Assembly: GCA_031269795.1 (NCBI GenBank)
Contig: JAISYR010000011.1
Coordinates: 1-32,000 of the forward strand
Direction of reading: 5' to 3'
From: Puniceicoccales bacterium
Lineage (GTDB): Bacteria > Verrucomicrobiota > Verrucomicrobiia > Opitutales > JAIRKQ01
DNA: 32,000 nt
Shown: in pieces, positions 15,606-25,871 of the stretch
How the letters are laid out: every line of letters begins with the position of its first letter
Numbering within the stretch: position 1 is the stretch's first letter
Translations under genes and position numbers: made by a program
Notes under the pieces: generated by a model
Databases searched by the model: none
What the model was told of the DNA's origin: nothing
What the model saw: only the letters and a program-made list of their open reading frames with translations

Positions 15606-18101
15606 TTAGCTGGATGACAGTGATAACTTTTCACCATCTTTTTCGTGGGAAATGGTAATTTTCGTTCCACTGGAAATTTCACCACTCAGCCACCTATCGG
15701 CAAGGGGGTCTTCGACATTTTTTTCGATGGCACGCTTTAGCGGACGGGCACCAAACTTCTTGTCGTAGCCATTTTTCACGAGGAAATTTTTTGCATCATC
15801 GGAAAAGGTAAGGGTTATTCCCTTTTCGGCAGCACGTTTGCTGACTTTGTCCAACTCGATGTCGACAATTTTTTGCAGAGCTTCATGGTCAAGTTGTTTA
15901 AACACAATCATGTCCGTTAGCCGATTGATAAATTCAGGCTTAAAAGTCTTCTTCGCTTCCTCGATGATCGACGTTTTTATCCGCTCAAAACTTTGGGACG
16001 TATTTTGATCCGCAACAAAGCCAAGGGACATGTCCTTCTGCAAGATCTCAGCTCCGACATTACTCGTCATAATTAAAAGCGTATTTTTAAAATCCACCTT
16101 GCGGCCTTGACTATCCGTCATGTGGCCATCTTCCAAAACCTGTAATAAAATTTGTAAAACATCGGGATGGGCCTTTTCCACCTCATCGAAAAGAATAACC
16201 GCATAGGGCTTACGCCTAATCTTTTCCGTTAGCTGGCCTCCGTCATCGTGGCCAACGTATCCCGGAGGCGATCCAACCATTCGTGACACGGAATGTTTTT
16301 CCATGTATTCGGACATATCGATCTGGATAATGGCGTCCCTGTTACCGAAAATCTGTTCAGCCAACATCTTAGCTAAATAGGTCTTCCCCACCCCCGTAGG
16401 GCCAAGGAATAAAAATGACCCAATTGGTTTGTTGGGGTCATTCAAATCCGTCCGTGAACGGCGGATCGCACAGGCAATGCCTTCGACGGCTTCATCCTGG
16501 CCGATTACGATTTTTTTCAATGCTTCACCGAGATGTAGTAAACGTTCCGACTCTTTCTTCTCAAGGCGTGTAATTGGAATCCCTGACCAACCAGCGATAA
16601 CAGCCAAAATGGCATCAACATCAATCCTAATGATACTATTTTTTGATCTCCTTTGGGCCTGCCGAAAAAGTTTCTCTTTCTCTTTCATTAGCTGTTTTTC
16701 CGTATCCCGCAATTGGGCAGCTTTTTCAAAGTTCTGCGCCTTGATCGCTGATTCTTTGTCGCAATGTACCTCTTCGATCTTTTTCAACAATTTCTCCATT
16801 TTTGGAGAATTGGTGGGTACGTTTAATCGCGCCTTAGCTCCCGCTTCATCGATGACATCAATGGCTTTATCCGGCAAAAATCTGTCCTGGATATACCTTG
16901 CAGAAAGTTTCACAGCCTCTTCAATTGCCTCATCCGTATATTTTACAGCGTGGTGTTCCTCGTAGCACTTTTTAACTCCCTGTAGAATCAAAATTGCATC
17001 CTGAATGCTCGGAGGGTCAACCTGCACAGGTTGAAATCGACGTTCGAGTGCGCTGTCTTTTTCTATGTGCTTGCGATATTCATCGAGGGTGGTCGCTCCA
17101 ATGCATTGAACTTCGCCCCGCGACAGTGCCGGTTTCAAGATATTCGACGCATCCATGGCTCCCTCCGATGATCCTGCACCGACGATGGTATGCAGCTCGT
17201 CCAAAAACAATATGACATTTTTGGCACGCTTAATATCCTCCATGACAGCCTTCAAACGCTCTTCAAATTGTCCCCGATACTTTGTCCCTGCCAGCATGAG
17301 GGCCATGTCGATGGAAATGATTTTTTTATTGAGTAGGGCCTCGGGAACTTTGCCAAAGGCTATTGCCTGGGCCAACCCTTCCGCTATCGCCGTCTTCCCC
17401 ACACCCGCTTCGCCAACTAAAACGGGATTATTCTTTGATCGCCTACATAAAATTTGTAATACCCGCGTAATTTCTTTTTCTCGACCAATCACAGGATCCA
17501 ACTTGTTTTCCTTTGCGATTTCCGTCAAATCTCGGCCAAATGCATTTAACGCCGGTGTTTTTATGCCCGATGGTGGGTTGTCTTTGTCTGATATTTTTTC
17601 CGATGTGAAATGGAAATCATCGTTGTCATTATTCCCTTCGTCCACGCCAACAAAGTTGGGATCGAGGGCCGATAGTATCGCCTGTCGGCAGCTTTCCATT
17701 CTTACACCTGCTTCCGCCAACAGCCTGGCTGCAACTTCATCACCCTCGCGCAAAATTCCCAATAGGAGATGTTCGGTACCAACGTAGGGATGTTGTAGCA
17801 TGTTTGCTTCCTTTGCCGCTGCCAGAAGAACCTTTTGCACGAGCGGAGACAGCGTAATGTTCGATCCATTTTGAGCATCTGTATTTGTTGTCGACAGGTG
17901 CTGTTCGATCTTGGCGCGAATTTTTCCAAGGTCAACCCCCATGGATCGTAGGATGTTAATGGCAATGCATTGTGGCAATCTCATAAGTGCCAACAGGAGA
18001 TGTTCGGGCCCTATGACAGATTGACCAAGTCGTTCTGCTTCCTGCCTGGCCATCGCGAGGATCTGCTGGGCACGCGGAGTTAAATTTACCATTGAATTCA
18101 T
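15606..18101 (-). CDS. clpC: ATP-dependent Clp protease ATP-binding subunit ClpC
   Basis: Two Clp_N repeats (…GPEHLLLAL…, …GTEHLLLGI…). AAA-1 GEAGVGKT. UVR-like linker (…AIKAQNFEKAAQLRDTEKQL…). AAA-2 GPTGVGKT. The track start at 18191 is TTG and adds 30 implausible residues. ATG 18101 (MNSMVNLTPRAQQIL) is preferred and ATG 18092 is also possible. Confidence 0.95.
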   Translation of the reverse strand: MNSMVNLTPRAQQILAMARQEAERLGQSVIGPEHLLLALMRLPQCIAINILRSMGVDLGKIRAKIEQHLSTTNTDAQNGSNITLSPLVQKVLLAAAKEANMLQHPYVGTEHLLLGILREGDEVAARLLAEAGVRMESCRQAILSALDPNFVGVDEGNNDNDDFHFTSEKISDKDNPPSGIKTPALNAFGRDLTEIAKENKLDPVIGREKEITRVLQILCRRSKNNPVLVGEAGVGKTAIAEGLAQAIAFGKVPEALLNKKIISIDMALMLAGTKYRGQFEERLKAVMEDIKRAKNVILFLDELHTIVGAGSSEGAMDASNILKPALSRGEVQCIGATTLDEYRKHIEKDSALERRFQPVQVDPPSIQDAILILQGVKKCYEEHHAVKYTDEAIEEAVKLSARYIQDRFLPDKAIDVIDEAGAKARLNVPTNSPKMEKLLKKIEEVHCDKESAIKAQNFEKAAQLRDTEKQLMKEKEKLFRQAQRRSKNSIIRIDVDAILAVIAGWSGIPITRLEKKESERLLHLGEALKKIVIGQDEAVEGIACAIRRSRTDLNDPNKPIGSFLFLGPTGVGKTYLAKMLAEQIFGNRDAIIQIDMSEYMEKHSVSRMVGSPPGYVGHDDGGQLTEKIRRKPYAVILFDEVEKAHPDVLQILLQVLEDGHMTDSQGRKVDFKNTLLIMTSNVGAEILQKDMSLGFVADQNTSQSFERIKTSIIEEAKKTFKPEFINRLTDMIVFKQLDHEALQKIVDIELDKVSKRAAEKGITLTFSDDAKNFLVKNGYDKKFGARPLKRAIEKNVEDPLADRWLSGEISSGTKITISHEKDGEKLSLSSS

Positions 18102-18194
18102 GTTTTTTCGAAAGGATACATGATATGCATTGCGGTATAATTTGCAAGTGTCGATGCAATTCTCACACCACTTTGGATTAAGATTAAGCAATTT

Positions 18195-20240
18195 TTATGC
18201 CACACTTCCATTCAAATTTTCCAATAAATCGGTCTCGTTCCAGATTTCCAAGCCAAGAGATTGAGCTTTTTCCAATTTTGAACCACAATTTTCTCCGGCA
18301 ATCAGTATGTTCACACGTCCAGATATGGTATTGGCAACATTGCCGCCAAGGTGTTCGATTTTTTCAATCGCTTCTTGGCGTGTCATGGATGACAATGTGC
18401 CGGTTAGGACAAAATTTTTCCCGTAGAATTTTGAATTTTGATTCTGCGAAATTTCCAAATGCCTATCGCCAGGAATGATCCCCAACATGCGTAAATCATT
18501 GAGGGTGTTCCCGTTATGTTGTTCCCTAAAAAACGCAACTATCGCACTGGACAATTTCATCCCAATGCCATTAAGCTGTTCCAATTCTTCGGGTGTCGCA
18601 GCAATCAGATTGTCCAAGGAATGGAAATGGCTTGCTAGAATCTTTGCCGTTTGTTCCCCAATGCCCAAAATGCCGAAACCGTGCAGCAAGCGCCAAAGGG
18701 GTCGATTTTTACTACCGTCAATGTTGCTCAAAATTTTCAAGGCCGATTTGGTCCCAAATTTTTCCAAACATTCTAGATCATTAAAGGTTAGGCGGTAGAT
18801 ATCGGCGATATTGTTTAATTTTTTTACCGCCATCAGTTTTTCAATTATGACTGTACCTAGCCCATCAATGTCCATGGCTGCCCGTGAAACGAAATGTTCC
18901 AAACGCCTTTGGATTTGTGGCAAACAGCACAAATTTTGACATCGCCAAGCAACCTCTCCAGGCAATTGTATCAATTGTGACCCACAGGATGGACAGGTTC
19001 TAGGGAAAATAAATGGTATGGAATCTGCGTTTCGCTTTGTACTATCGACGGCTACGATCGCCGGAATTATTTCCCCCGCCTTTTCCACCGTCACATAATC
19101 TCCAATGCGGATATCTTTTTTCGATATTTCATCAGCATTGTGTAGGGTTGCCCGGGAAACATTTGTGCCCGACAATTGTATGCTTTCCAAATCTGCTACC
19201 GGGGTAATTATTCCCGTACGGCCGACTTGCAGGACAATGTTTTTGATTTTTGTCGTTGCGCGTTCCGGGGCGAATTTATAGGCAATGGCCCACCGTGGAG
19301 ATTTTGCCGTTGCCCCTAAGATTCCATAAAGTTGTAATTCATTGACCTTTAACACCGCCCCATCGGTCCAATAGGGAAAGATATGCCGCGTCTCGTTTAG
19401 TTCTTCGACACATTTCCAGGCTCCTTCGATATCTTCCGCTAGCCAATATTTTTCCTGGGATGCAAATCCGAAATTTTTCAAAAGTTCTAGAACTTCACTT
19501 TGGAGGTTTACAATCTTTTCTGAACAATGGCCGATGGCATAGGTAATTAATTTTAAATCTCGTTCGGCAACTTCATCGATGTTAAGGGTCTTCAGGGTTC
19601 CGGCGGCCAGGTTACGCGGATTGGCAAATAGTTCGAGCCCCTGTTCCTCCCGTGTTTTATTTATTTCAATAAAGGTTTGCTTATCCATGTAAACTTCCCC
19701 ACGAATTTCAATGGCTTCGGCATAATTTTCGATTTCCCGCGGCAAATCTCTAATTGTTTTAATATTCGCACTGACATCGTCTCCCACCACGCCGTTCCCT
19801 CTGGTTAACGCCCTAAAAATTTTCCCCTTTTTGTAGATCAAATTGATCGCGATACCATCGATCTTCGGTTCAATGACATAGGAAAATTTTCGCGGTCCAA
19901 GCGTAGCCCCCAGATGGTTAGAAAATTGGAACAGTTCTTCCCGGGAATAGGTATTTGATAAACTCATCATGGGGGACAGGTGGGCAAACGATTGAAACCC
20001 GGAATTGCTGTCATCCCCGATGGCCGTATCTTCTATCTCTACCGAATAAACTGCCAAAATTTCTTGTAACCTTTCCACTTCAGACTTCAAACAATCATAT
20101 TCAAAATCAGAAATTCTAGGGTTGTTTTCTCTATAGTAGAGCCTATCGTGCAAATTCACTTCGGACAATAATTTATCATATTTCGCTTTCAGGGCCCGGA
20201 TTTCGGATGTCGAATAAGTTTTCGTAATGTTGCTCACCAT
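18195..20240 (-). CDS. ligA: NAD-dependent DNA ligase LigA
   Basis: 681 aa. Adenylation motif EPKIDG. Zn-finger cysteines CPSCGSQL…CQNLCC. HhH region. C-terminal BRCT (GKNFVLTGTLSSMTRQEAIEKIEHLGGNV). Confidence 0.97.
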   Translation of the reverse strand: MVSNITKTYSTSEIRALKAKYDKLLSEVNLHDRLYYRENNPRISDFEYDCLKSEVERLQEILAVYSVEIEDTAIGDDSNSGFQSFAHLSPMMSLSNTYSREELFQFSNHLGATLGPRKFSYVIEPKIDGIAINLIYKKGKIFRALTRGNGVVGDDVSANIKTIRDLPREIENYAEAIEIRGEVYMDKQTFIEINKTREEQGLELFANPRNLAAGTLKTLNIDEVAERDLKLITYAIGHCSEKIVNLQSEVLELLKNFGFASQEKYWLAEDIEGAWKCVEELNETRHIFPYWTDGAVLKVNELQLYGILGATAKSPRWAIAYKFAPERATTKIKNIVLQVGRTGIITPVADLESIQLSGTNVSRATLHNADEISKKDIRIGDYVTVEKAGEIIPAIVAVDSTKRNADSIPFIFPRTCPSCGSQLIQLPGEVAWRCQNLCCLPQIQRRLEHFVSRAAMDIDGLGTVIIEKLMAVKKLNNIADIYRLTFNDLECLEKFGTKSALKILSNIDGSKNRPLWRLLHGFGILGIGEQTAKILASHFHSLDNLIAATPEELEQLNGIGMKLSSAIVAFFREQHNGNTLNDLRMLGIIPGDRHLEISQNQNSKFYGKNFVLTGTLSSMTRQEAIEKIEHLGGNVANTISGRVNILIAGENCGSKLEKAQSLGLEIWNETDLLENLNGSVA

Positions 20241-20325
20241 AAATAATTTTTATCAAAATGAAATGTCAGCTTGTCTTTTGACCACAAAAAAATAACAAAG
20301 AATCACATCTTTTTCAAAATTTATT

Positions 20326-21450
20326 ATGAAATTTTCAATAGAAAAGGCTACGTTTGTTAATGGCTTGCAGCAAGTTTTGAGCATTGTCGAACAACGGGCA
20401 ATTATTCCGGTCCTAAGCAATGTGTTGTTGGACTGTGCCGACGGTAGGCTGAAAATTACTGCAACCAATTTGGACATTTCCATCCATTGTCAGGTGAAGG
20501 CAGAAATCGAAAGCGAAGGCAAAATAACACTTCCGGCGAGGAAATTGTCCGCCATTGTCCGCTCCTTGCCAGGGGATACGGTCGTGTCAGAACTCGTCGG
20601 TACGACGGTGAAAATTTCCTCAGGCCGTTCCAATTTTCAAATCATGGGACTTCCGGGGGATGATTTTCCAAGCACAAATGAACCAAACCTGTTGAATAAA
20701 ACACAGTTGCAACAGGCGGAAATGGCAAAAATGTTGAAAAATGTTTCCTTTGCCCAGTCCAACGATGACAACCGTTTTATTTTAAACAGCGTATACTTTT
20801 GCTTCGACCAGAACAAACTAACATTCGCTGCAACGGATGGCCGTCGTTTGAGTCTGGTATCTAAGGAGATAGCTGAAAATGTAGAAAACACAAAGGGAGT
20901 AATAATTCCCAGCAAAACAATCCGAGAAATTGAAAGACTTCTTGGCCAAGGAGAAGATGTATCCTTTCTGTTCGATAATCGCCAAATTGTGTTCCTCATT
21001 GCCGTAGATAAAGAAAATCAGGACGGCCTAATGGGTGACATCAAGGTGGTTTCCAAAATCGTTGAAGGCAATTACCCAAATTTTCGCCAGATTATTCCCC
21101 AGGGGGCAGAAAATCGTGTAAAACTCGATCGCCAACTCACCCTTGAATGCATTCAAAGGGTAGCAATCGTTGCCAATGACCAAAAAAATCTAGTCAAACT
21201 ACATTTTGAAAATAATACCCTGGAGATATCCGCTGAAAGCCAAGAATACGGAAATGCCCATGAAAAGATTGCCATTGTTTACGAAGGAAAACCGATTGAA
21301 ATCGCGTTCAATTACATGTTTATTTGTGATCCATTGAAGGTTTTGACACAGGATGAAGTGTTTTTCGAATTTAAGGATGAGTTGAGCGCTGGAGTGTTTA
21401 AAACCCTAGAAGATTTCCTATATGTCGTTATGCCATTGCGAATGGGATAA
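20326..21450 (+). CDS. dnaN: DNA polymerase III beta sliding clamp DnaN
   Basis: 374 aa. Typical N-terminus MKFSIEKATFVNGLQQVLSIVEQRAIIPVLSNVLL and C-terminus …YVVMPLRM. Confidence 0.95.
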   Translation: MKFSIEKATFVNGLQQVLSIVEQRAIIPVLSNVLLDCADGRLKITATNLDISIHCQVKAEIESEGKITLPARKLSAIVRSLPGDTVVSELVGTTVKISSGRSNFQIMGLPGDDFPSTNEPNLLNKTQLQQAEMAKMLKNVSFAQSNDDNRFILNSVYFCFDQNKLTFAATDGRRLSLVSKEIAENVENTKGVIIPSKTIREIERLLGQGEDVSFLFDNRQIVFLIAVDKENQDGLMGDIKVVSKIVEGNYPNFRQIIPQGAENRVKLDRQLTLECIQRVAIVANDQKNLVKLHFENNTLEISAESQEYGNAHEKIAIVYEGKPIEIAFNYMFICDPLKVLTQDEVFFEFKDELSAGVFKTLEDFLYVVMPLRMG

Positions 21451-21479
21451 GTTTAAAAAATTTAAAGTGGGATTTAGAC

Positions 21480-22775
21480 ATGTGGACGATTTTACTGTAT
21501 AGATTTTTGTTCATTCCATGCTTCCTTTTGGTCATGCCATACTATGCCTATCGCATGATAAAAAGAGGTGGCTACAAAAAAGATTTCAAGTATCGCTTTG
21601 GGTTGTTCAAAAGGCTTCCGAAAAGAAAATTTGGCAAAAAGCGACTGTGGATACAAGCCGTAAGTGTCGGAGAAGTCAAAGCCCTTGAAAAATTGATAAA
21701 TTTGCTCGTTGGATCGGATTTATACGAAATCGTTCTAACAACGACGACCAGTACGGGATATGAGCTAGCTCGTCGGATGTACGCAAACAAGATACTATTT
21801 GTGGGATTGTTTCCCTTTGATTTTTGGTTGTTTAGCTGGTTGGCCTGGAAAAGGATTTTCCCCCACCTAGCAATTCTCATGGAAAGTGAAATCTGGCCGG
21901 AACATATTTGGCAGGCACATTTGCGTGATGTCCCAGTCATTCTAATAAATGCACGTATTTCAGATAAAACATTGGCCCGCTACAAAACTTTCCCCAACTT
22001 GGCAAAATCAACCTTGGACAATATTTCCTACGTGCTGGCATCGGACCAGCTGATGGCGGATCGTTGCCATGAAATAGGAATTGCCTCGGATCGCATAAAA
22101 ATTGCGGGAAATATGAAGTTTGATAATAGGATCCCTAAATTGGACCCGATGAAATCATCATCCCTCAGGAATGCCCTTGGTTTTACGAAAAATGACCTAA
22201 TTTTGCTAGGATCATCCACCTGGCCCGAGGAAGAAGCCATGCTTATTAGGGCACTCAAGAAGTGCCGAAATGACGACAGGCGGTGGAAATTATTGCTTGT
22301 CCCTCGCCATGCGGAAAGGCGCAATCAGATCTTTGACCTATTAAAAACATCCGGTTTCAAATGGCATCAACGGTCAAAAGGCAAGGCAAGTGCAGAAGTT
22401 GATATTTGCTTTGCCGATACCACGGGAGAGTTGCAAACGTTGACATCGATTGCCGACCTGGCATTTATCGGGAAAAGTTTGGCTCCGAACTCCGGTGGAC
22501 AATCCCCCGTGGATGCTGCATGTCATGGAATCCCCATCGTCTATGGCGATAAAATGACTAATTTTAAAGGTGTTTGTTTATCCTTGGAACACTCCAAGTG
22601 TGTTGTCAAAGTTAAAGATTCAGCCCGTGCAATTATGGCCATAACTATACTTGCAAAGGATGAAAGCAAGAGGCAAAGTTTTGCTCAAAAATTGCAAGAA
22701 TGGCATAGAAACAACTGCGGAGCATCTGAATTCATTGCTAAAAAAATTCAAGATATTGCATTTGCTAATAGGTAA
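21480..22775 (+). CDS. waaA: 3-deoxy-D-manno-octulosonic acid (Kdo) transferase WaaA/KdtA
   Basis: 431 aa. N-terminal membrane anchor, a WIQAVSVGE motif, and a GT-B C-terminal half (…LVPRHAER…, …GGQSPVDAA…). Confidence 0.9.
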   Translation: MWTILLYRFLFIPCFLLVMPYYAYRMIKRGGYKKDFKYRFGLFKRLPKRKFGKKRLWIQAVSVGEVKALEKLINLLVGSDLYEIVLTTTTSTGYELARRMYANKILFVGLFPFDFWLFSWLAWKRIFPHLAILMESEIWPEHIWQAHLRDVPVILINARISDKTLARYKTFPNLAKSTLDNISYVLASDQLMADRCHEIGIASDRIKIAGNMKFDNRIPKLDPMKSSSLRNALGFTKNDLILLGSSTWPEEEAMLIRALKKCRNDDRRWKLLLVPRHAERRNQIFDLLKTSGFKWHQRSKGKASAEVDICFADTTGELQTLTSIADLAFIGKSLAPNSGGQSPVDAACHGIPIVYGDKMTNFKGVCLSLEHSKCVVKVKDSARAIMAITILAKDESKRQSFAQKLQEWHRNNCGASEFIAKKIQDIAFANR

Positions 22776-22782
22776 TACGCCT

Positions 22783-23601
22783 GTGGAAATAATTACAAGC
22801 AGACAAAACGATCGAATAAAATTTTTATGCAAACTACGAGATCGCGTAAAACGGGACCGCTATGGGATGTTTCTTGTGGAGGGCTACCGCGAGCTATCGC
22901 GGGCCATGGATAATAACATTCCCGTGGATACGGTTTTTTTCTGTGAAAAGTTTTTCAGAGATCTTGTCCCGTGGGATTTAGTTCAACAGGCTGGGAATAA
23001 AAATATTCAAGTTTGCCAAGTAAGCAGCGAAGTTTTCGAAAAAATTAGTTGCCGTGAAAACTGCGACGGTATCCTTGGGCTGGCCAAATTTTGGCATTTG
23101 GATTTTTCCCATGTCAAGCTTTCAAACAACGCCCTTATTCTAGTAGCGGAAAGCATCGAAAAAGCTGGTAATCTTGGTGCCCTGATGCGTTCGGCGGAAT
23201 CTGCCGGTGTTGACATGTTAATTTTGTGCAGTCCCATAACCGACATTTTCAATCCCAATGTTATTCGGGCATCCCAGGGGGCAGTTTTCAGTCTGCCAAC
23301 GGTCGTCACGAACAATGAAAAAACATTGGAATTTTTAGAGGCAAACGCCGTCCAAATCTTTGCCACAACACCATCCGCCAAAAATATTTATTTCCATGAA
23401 AATTTTACATCTCCCACGGCAATCATCGTTGGATCCGAGCACGATGGATTGTCGAATTTCTGGCTAAAAAATGATAGCCTAACGCCCATTGCTCTCCCAC
23501 AAAAAGGGATGAGCGATTCCCTCAATGTCAATGACGCAGCTGTGATCGTCCTATATGAAGTTGTGCGACAAAGGACGCAAAAAGAATCCAACCATACGTG
23601 A
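22783..23601 (+). CDS. SpoU/TrmH-family RNA 2'-O-methyltransferase
   Basis: SPOUT motifs AGNLGALMRSAESAGVD, IIVGSEHDGLS and MSDSLNVNDAAVIVLYE. The track ATG at 22651 would overlap waaA by 125 nt. I place the start at GTG 22783 (VEIITSRQNDRIKFL…), just after the waaA stop. TTG 22756 and 22762 are alternatives, so the start is uncertain. Confidence 0.85.
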   Translation: MEIITSRQNDRIKFLCKLRDRVKRDRYGMFLVEGYRELSRAMDNNIPVDTVFFCEKFFRDLVPWDLVQQAGNKNIQVCQVSSEVFEKISCRENCDGILGLAKFWHLDFSHVKLSNNALILVAESIEKAGNLGALMRSAESAGVDMLILCSPITDIFNPNVIRASQGAVFSLPTVVTNNEKTLEFLEANAVQIFATTPSAKNIYFHENFTSPTAIIVGSEHDGLSNFWLKNDSLTPIALPQKGMSDSLNVNDAAVIVLYEVVRQRTQKESNHT

Positions 23602-23649
23602 TTTTTTTATTGTCAATGCTGATAATTTATCAATTTTCAGAGAAACCGA

Positions 23650-24486
23650 ATGGCATTTACCCGCAAAAATTTACCAGAGGGAGAACGTATCGCTCTCATT
23701 GCAGGGCGAGGAGATTATCCAATTTTATGTGCCAAAAATATCGTGGCTTCTGGGCATGATATCGTCGTCATCGCCGTAGACGATGATGTAAATGTTGAAT
23801 GGCTCAATGGTTTTCCCGCACAAAATATCACAAAAGTTTCCGTTGGACAAATATCGAAATTGCTAAAAGCATTGAAACGTTTTGGTGTAAAATTTGCTAT
23901 CATGGCTGGCCAGGTAAAGCCCAAAAAGCTTTTCCGGGGGATGTTGCCGGACCTCAAAGCTCTCAAGATGCTAATGACATTAAAGGAACATAACGCTGAA
24001 TCTATTTTCGGAGCCATCGCCAAAGAAATGGCAGACATCGGTGTGGCATTATTGGATGCTCGTTCCTTCATGGAAGAGTACCTTGCCACCAAGGGACCCA
24101 TGACATCCAGGAAATCGGAAATCAATGAAAAAACCCTCCAACTGGGAATTAATACCGCCCGTGAAGTTGCCCGCCTAAATATAGGTCAAAGTGTTATCGT
24201 ACGCCGAGGAACCATCGTGGCAGTCGAAGATTTTGCGGGGACCGATGACCTCATCAACCGGGTAGAAAAATTTAATTTGGAAGGTACAGTTTTTGTAAAA
24301 ACGGCTAAATACCAACAAGATTTTCGTTTTGACGTGCCCGTTTTTGGCATGCAAACGTTGAAAAACTTACACAATGCCAAGGTAAAGCATGCCGCTTTGG
24401 AGGCACAAAACGTCATAATCCTAGACAAAAACAATGTGTTAGACTGTGCTATCAAATCAAAAATCGACATCATCGGTTTCGAATAA
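23650..24486 (+). CDS. lpxI: UDP-2,3-diacylglucosamine hydrolase LpxI (DUF1009 family)
   Basis: 278 aa. It matches my recollection of Caulobacter LpxI at IALIAGRGDYP (vs LGLIAGGGALP), NIGQSVIVRRGTIVAVEDFAGTDDLINR (vs DIGQGAVVCEGLVLAVEAQEGTDAMLRR) and FDVPVFGMQT (vs VDLPTIGVAT). Confidence 0.85.
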   Translation: MAFTRKNLPEGERIALIAGRGDYPILCAKNIVASGHDIVVIAVDDDVNVEWLNGFPAQNITKVSVGQISKLLKALKRFGVKFAIMAGQVKPKKLFRGMLPDLKALKMLMTLKEHNAESIFGAIAKEMADIGVALLDARSFMEEYLATKGPMTSRKSEINEKTLQLGINTAREVARLNIGQSVIVRRGTIVAVEDFAGTDDLINRVEKFNLEGTVFVKTAKYQQDFRFDVPVFGMQTLKNLHNAKVKHAALEAQNVIILDKNNVLDCAIKSKIDIIGFE

Positions 24487-24604
24487 ATCTAATCACGTAT
24501 TACCCACGGTACTCCCGAAGGCCATGTAAAGCAACAGCGTGGAACAATAAGCAATACCTTCTTTCTACATTTTAGGAACGCTTTTAGAAACAGGGATAAA
24601 TCAA

Positions 24605-25849
24605 CTATGCCATTATCTGGAGGGTTGTTGCCGAGAATGCTGTTTTTAACGCCGATTGCATGTGAGGGTTTCCTCCTCCATTATATGGCAAAACTACTTT
24701 ATTCCCAAACGATTGCACACACCTGCCTTGGTTTCTACCAGCAAACACCTTATCGCTTATAATATCTCCCTGCACTGATATTTGTAATCCATGACTTCTA
24801 GCGTAAAGCAATTGACCGATTGATAATCCTAGCAACAAATTTTCATTAACGGCGGCCGGATTAAGAGAAATGCCTGGTATCTTTAGCGATGCTGAAGCAA
24901 ATTGACATAGGCTCCCCCCGAGTGAATGTCCGGTTAGCAAAGTTTTGCCCGATCCAAATGCACTGGCTGCACAGTCGGCCAAAATAACAGCCTCACAGAA
25001 CATTTTGTGGACACCTCCTGTCGCTATTTGTAGATCCGCAAGCATTGTCTGCTTCCCTCTCCCCCGGATAGAAGGCTTTGTCCCACAATAGTAGATGCAT
25101 ATTTTTTTTGTTTCAGTGTTGTAGGTTATTGTTGCCTGCAACCCAGATCTTGTTTTTATCACTCCATTTTTGAAATAAAACATACCACTTTTCCCAAGTT
25201 TATCGATAAAGCCTGCTACTTTAGCCTGACCATCAGCTGGAATTCTGCCAGAAATAGATGTACCACCTATTAACACATGGCGAGGGGCTTCGCCAGTGTC
25301 GGGAGGTTTAGATTTAATGGCGGCGATAGCTATTGCATCTTGCACGTCCTCTACATCAAATGGCATATTTTCAATGACGCTCGAAAGGCTTGTGTGCTTC
25401 TTTTGAGGCATCTTTATTAATTGTTTGTTGGCCTCTATTTGGCATATCCGGCTCTGATCAACATTTGTTCTTCCATAGATCAAATTGCAGACCAGTAATA
25501 CGAATTTTTTCCATAGGTTATATGAAGAAGGACTAATTCTTTTAAGCATGCGAATTGGGGAATTTTGACAACCTTCGATGTATCTTCGACATACCGTAGG
25601 ATAATCGCTACTCCCAGAAACTCTCGAAGCTAGCAAATCCGCCCTCTCAGTCTGCCTTTGCCCGACGAATTTTCTCAATGGGTCTAATACAGAAGGACTA
25701 GTGCAAATTGGGGAATTGATATATTTTTGACATGTTATAGGATAATACCTAGCCCTGGAAACTCCTGGGGATAGAACATCCACCCTCCTAGGCTGCCTTG
25801 GAGGACCCTGATTTCTCCTCGTCGATCCTGTCAAATTTGTATTATTCAT
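24605..25849 (-). CDS. class-3-lipase-like alpha/beta hydrolase with disordered basic N-terminus; candidate type III secreted effector
   Basis: 414 aa. Nucleophile elbow GHSLGG is encoded at 24914-24931. An upstream ICIYYCGTKPS strand is present. Candidate Asp (QGDIISDKV) and His (GGNPHMQSAL) lie after the Ser. The first ~130 aa are Arg/Pro/Ser-rich. The ATG lies 22 nt after the stop of a CesT-like chaperone gene. Confidence 0.8.
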   Translation of the reverse strand: MNNTNLTGSTRRNQGPPRQPRRVDVLSPGVSRARYYPITCQKYINSPICTSPSVLDPLRKFVGQRQTERADLLASRVSGSSDYPTVCRRYIEGCQNSPIRMLKRISPSSYNLWKKFVLLVCNLIYGRTNVDQSRICQIEANKQLIKMPQKKHTSLSSVIENMPFDVEDVQDAIAIAAIKSKPPDTGEAPRHVLIGGTSISGRIPADGQAKVAGFIDKLGKSGMFYFKNGVIKTRSGLQATITYNTETKKICIYYCGTKPSIRGRGKQTMLADLQIATGGVHKMFCEAVILADCAASAFGSGKTLLTGHSLGGSLCQFASASLKIPGISLNPAAVNENLLLGLSIGQLLYARSHGLQISVQGDIISDKVFAGRNQGRCVQSFGNKVVLPYNGGGNPHMQSALKTAFSATTLQIMA

Positions 25850-25871
25850 GCTTGCCTGCGAATCTTAGAAA

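Noticed and set aside
20241-20325. Strand switch at ligA/dnaN considered as a replication origin, since genes to the left are mostly minus and genes to the right are plus
   Set aside because: The intergenic region is only 85 bp, with no dnaA gene and no cluster of TTATNCACA boxes. The closest match, ttgaccaca, has two mismatches. A cumulative GC-skew computation over the genome would be needed.
22651-22782. ATG start at 22651 for the methyltransferase, giving a 125-nt overlap with waaA
   Set aside because: The extra 44 residues match nothing in the SpoU/TrmH family. A GTG/TTG start at 22756-22783 removes the overlap.
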